Positions 62,105-64,000 of a stretch of DNA of 64,000 nucleotides are shown in pieces. How positions within the stretch are numbered: the first letter of the stretch is position 1; every line of letters begins with the position of its first letter. Both the position numbers and the translations under genes were made by a program. The notes beneath the pieces are model-generated. The model had not been told where the DNA came from. It worked only from the letters and a program-made list of their open reading frames with translations, and did not search any database. The stretch is from contig JBIIXY010000001.1 of the NCBI GenBank assembly GCA_044347105.1, positions 19,984 to 83,983 of the forward strand, given 5' to 3'. This stretch comes from Prochlorococcaceae cyanobacterium (lineage in GTDB: Bacteria; Cyanobacteriota; Cyanobacteriia; PCC-6307; Cyanobiaceae).

Positions 62105-63682
62105 ATGACCGCCGACCTTGATCGGACCAATCCAGCCAGCCAGTGGCAGCGCTTCTGCGACCGGCTCTGGTTTGATGCCGGCCTGCAGCTCTGGCTGGAT
62201 GTGAGCCGGATGGCCCTCAACGATGGCCATCTCGAGCAACTGGCTCCCCGCTTCAGCCAGGCTTTCGCGGCAATGGACGCCCTGGAGGGTGGCGCCATTG
62301 CCAATGGTTCCGAGCAGCGCATGGTGGGTCACTACTGGCTGCGCACCCCCGAGCTGGCCCCGGATCCCGCCACAGCCGACCACATCCGTGCGGAGATCGA
62401 CCGCATCGACCAGTTCGCCCGTGATCAAGTGGCTGGCGGCCGGTTCAGCGATGTGCTCTGGATCGGTATCGGTGGGTCAGGTCTGGGTCCATTGCTGATG
62501 GTGCGCGCCCTGGGTGGTCGGAGCGCCGGCATTCCCTTCCACTTCATCGACAACGTCGACCCGGAGGGCATCAGCCATACCCTGGGGCAGCTTGGTGACC
62601 GCCTGCGCAACGCCCTGGTGGTGGTGGTGAGCAAGTCGGGAGGCACACCGGAACCCCGCATCGGCATGGAGCAGGTGCGGGCGCGCCTGGAGAGTCTCGG
62701 CGGCAACTGGCGGCAGCAGGCGGTAGCCGTAACCATGCTGGGCAGCCGCCTCGACCAACTGGCCGAGCAGGAGGGCTGGCTGGCCCGCTTCGACATGTTC
62801 GACTGGGTGGGCGGGCGTACCAGCATCACCAGCGCAGTGGGTCTCCTGCCCGGGGCCCTGGTGGGTGCTGACATCCGCGCCTTTCTGGATGGGGCCTCGG
62901 CCATGGATGCCTGCACCAGGGTGGCGGACCTCCGCCATAACCCGGCGGCCCTGATGGCGGCAGCCTGGTATGCGGCCGGCGATGGTCGCGGCCAGCGGGA
63001 CATGGTGGTGCTCCCCTACCGCGATCGCCTGGAACTGTTCAGCCGCTACCTGCAGCAGCTGGTGATGGAGAGCCTGGGGAAGCACAGCGACCGCCAGGGT
63101 CGAGTGGTGAACCAGGGCATTGCCGTGTACGGCAACAAGGGCTCCACCGACCAGCACGCCTATGTGCAGCAGCTGCGTGATGGCGTGGACAACTTCTTCG
63201 TGACCTTCATCGAAGTGCTGGCCGATCCCAGCGACATTCCGGCCCTGCACGGTGAGCGGCCCGGCGATGTGCTCGATGGCTTCCTCCAGGGCACCCGCTC
63301 GGCCCTGCTGGAGGGCGGACGGCAGAGCATGACGATCACCCTGGCCGCTTTTGATGAACGGCGGCTGGGCGCCCTGGTGGCCCTGTTCGAGCGGGCGGTG
63401 GGCCTTTACGCCGAACTGGTGGACGTGAACGCCTACGACCAGCCTGGGGTGGAGGCCGGCAAGCTGGCAGCTGCCGCCGTGCTGGAGCTGCAGGGCCGCA
63501 TCGAGACCCTGTTGGCGGATGGCCAGACGCGTTCCCTGGAGCAGATGGCCGAGGAGCTGGGCACGGGCAGCCCGGAGCCGGTGTTCTGGGTCCTGCGCCA
63601 CCTCTGCGCCAACGATCCCGCCTACACGGTGCAGGGCAGCTGGGGCCAGCCCGCCAGCCTCAGCGTGGCCCACGCGGTCTGA
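62105..63682 (+). CDS. pgi: Glucose-6-phosphate isomerase
   Basis: 525 aa; IGIGGSGLGP, DWVGGRTS, GNKGSTDQHAY. Confidence 0.95.
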   Translation: MTADLDRTNPASQWQRFCDRLWFDAGLQLWLDVSRMALNDGHLEQLAPRFSQAFAAMDALEGGAIANGSEQRMVGHYWLRTPELAPDPATADHIRAEIDRIDQFARDQVAGGRFSDVLWIGIGGSGLGPLLMVRALGGRSAGIPFHFIDNVDPEGISHTLGQLGDRLRNALVVVVSKSGGTPEPRIGMEQVRARLESLGGNWRQQAVAVTMLGSRLDQLAEQEGWLARFDMFDWVGGRTSITSAVGLLPGALVGADIRAFLDGASAMDACTRVADLRHNPAALMAAAWYAAGDGRGQRDMVVLPYRDRLELFSRYLQQLVMESLGKHSDRQGRVVNQGIAVYGNKGSTDQHAYVQQLRDGVDNFFVTFIEVLADPSDIPALHGERPGDVLDGFLQGTRSALLEGGRQSMTITLAAFDERRLGALVALFERAVGLYAELVDVNAYDQPGVEAGKLAAAAVLELQGRIETLLADGQTRSLEQMAEELGTGSPEPVFWVLRHLCANDPAYTVQGSWGQPASLSVAHAV

Positions 63683-64000
63683 CGCACGCCTCCGCCGTTC
63701 CGTCGTCCCAGTTGAGGTTGCAGCGCAGCACGGCCAGGGCTTCACTGGGCAGGCCCATGAGGCGGTCGAACCAGCGGTCACCCGAAGCTGCCACGGGTGC
63801 CACCCCCACCAGGGTCAGTGCTCCATTCGCGGCGCGCGGCTCCCCCACGGGCTGTCCCCAGCGTGCCGGTACCGACTGCTGGGGCCTGGCGCTGGTGAGC
63901 AGGGTGTCCACCCACAGGGGAGGTGCCTGGTACAACTGCGCCGCACGGAACACAAACCTGGCCTGAAAGTGCAGCTGCACCGCTCCGCTGGCCGGCTCCA
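63660..64000 (-). CDS. Partial CDS (C-terminal part; gene continues past window end), unknown product
   Basis: The frame stays open to the window edge with strongly G/C-rich third positions (..FQARFVFRAAQLYQAPPLWVDTLL ... LRCNLNWDD..); 23 nt convergent overlap with pgi. Confidence 0.45.
   Translation of the reverse strand, partial: EPASGAVQLHFQARFVFRAAQLYQAPPLWVDTLLTSARPQQSVPARWGQPVGEPRAANGALTLVGVAPVAASGDRWFDRLMGLPSEALAVLRCNLNWDDGTAEACVRPRGPR

Noticed and set aside
1-64000. Very long ORFs antisense to recognised genes. Examples: 2072-4147(-), 13055-14590(-), 20593-22371(+), 24164-25855(+), 29772-31379(-), 32147-33505(-), 35038-36453(-), 38097-39356(+), 40970-42610(-), 42654-44615(+), 48166-49539(-), 54563-56197(+), 58320-59729(-), 62477-63781(-).
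   Set aside because: Each lies opposite a gene with clear family motifs (phoX, purK, ftsH, pyk, dxs, ABC ATPase, csaB, htpG, hisZ/IMPase, dnaK, ribBA, M61, pgi). Their translations are Ala/Gly/Arg/Pro/His-rich with no recognisable motifs. High GC suppresses stop codons on the antisense strand.
1-64000. Search for CRISPR arrays, IS elements/transposases, integrases, prophage or toxin-antitoxin/defence genes.
   Set aside because: I saw no regularly spaced direct repeats of 25-40 nt. No ORF has transposase (DDE), integrase (R..H..R..Y) or phage structural hallmarks. The only repeats are the short ones listed.

Overview
GC-rich picocyanobacterial (Synechococcus/Cyanobium-like) chromosomal segment, almost saturated with coding sequence. 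I call about 75 protein genes and one tRNA-Ser(GGA). I see no rRNA, CRISPR array, transposase, integrase or phage genes. Content is mostly core. Photosynthesis and photoprotection: ocp-crtW-frp cassette, nblA, petN, psaK, thf1. Proteostasis: clpS, clpP, ftsH, htpG, a DnaK3-type dnaK with dnaJ. Phosphate acquisition: Tat-dependent phoX, pstCAB, a phytase-like esterase. Metabolism: pyk, pgi, dxs, ilvA, purK, purN, argC, ribBA, hisZ, cofH, mtnP, murQ. Also recQ and many small conserved cyanobacterial DUF proteins. Many long ORFs in the supplied track are antisense shadows of these genes caused by high GC, and I did not call them. I do not see a convincing novel multi-gene system such as a defence island, secondary-metabolite cluster or mobile element. 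The most unusual places are these. (1) A lower-GC, gene-poor islet (about 4.37-6.23 kb) holds nblA behind an NtcA-type promoter-like motif, tiny ORFs and about 0.5 kb I cannot assign. (2) A 249 nt spacer after purK ends in a terminator-like hairpin; it may be an ncRNA, possibly 6S RNA by remembered synteny. (3) An IMPase-family gene sits inside a ferredoxin-hisZ-ferredoxin string and is a candidate histidinol-phosphate phosphatase. (4) Short tandem repeats lie upstream of phoX, inside the dnaK tail and across the cyclophilin stop codon. All calls come from reading the translated ORFs and the DNA by eye. No searches or folding programs were run. Start codons are often uncertain (GTG/TTG starts are common) and family or DUF names are from memory.
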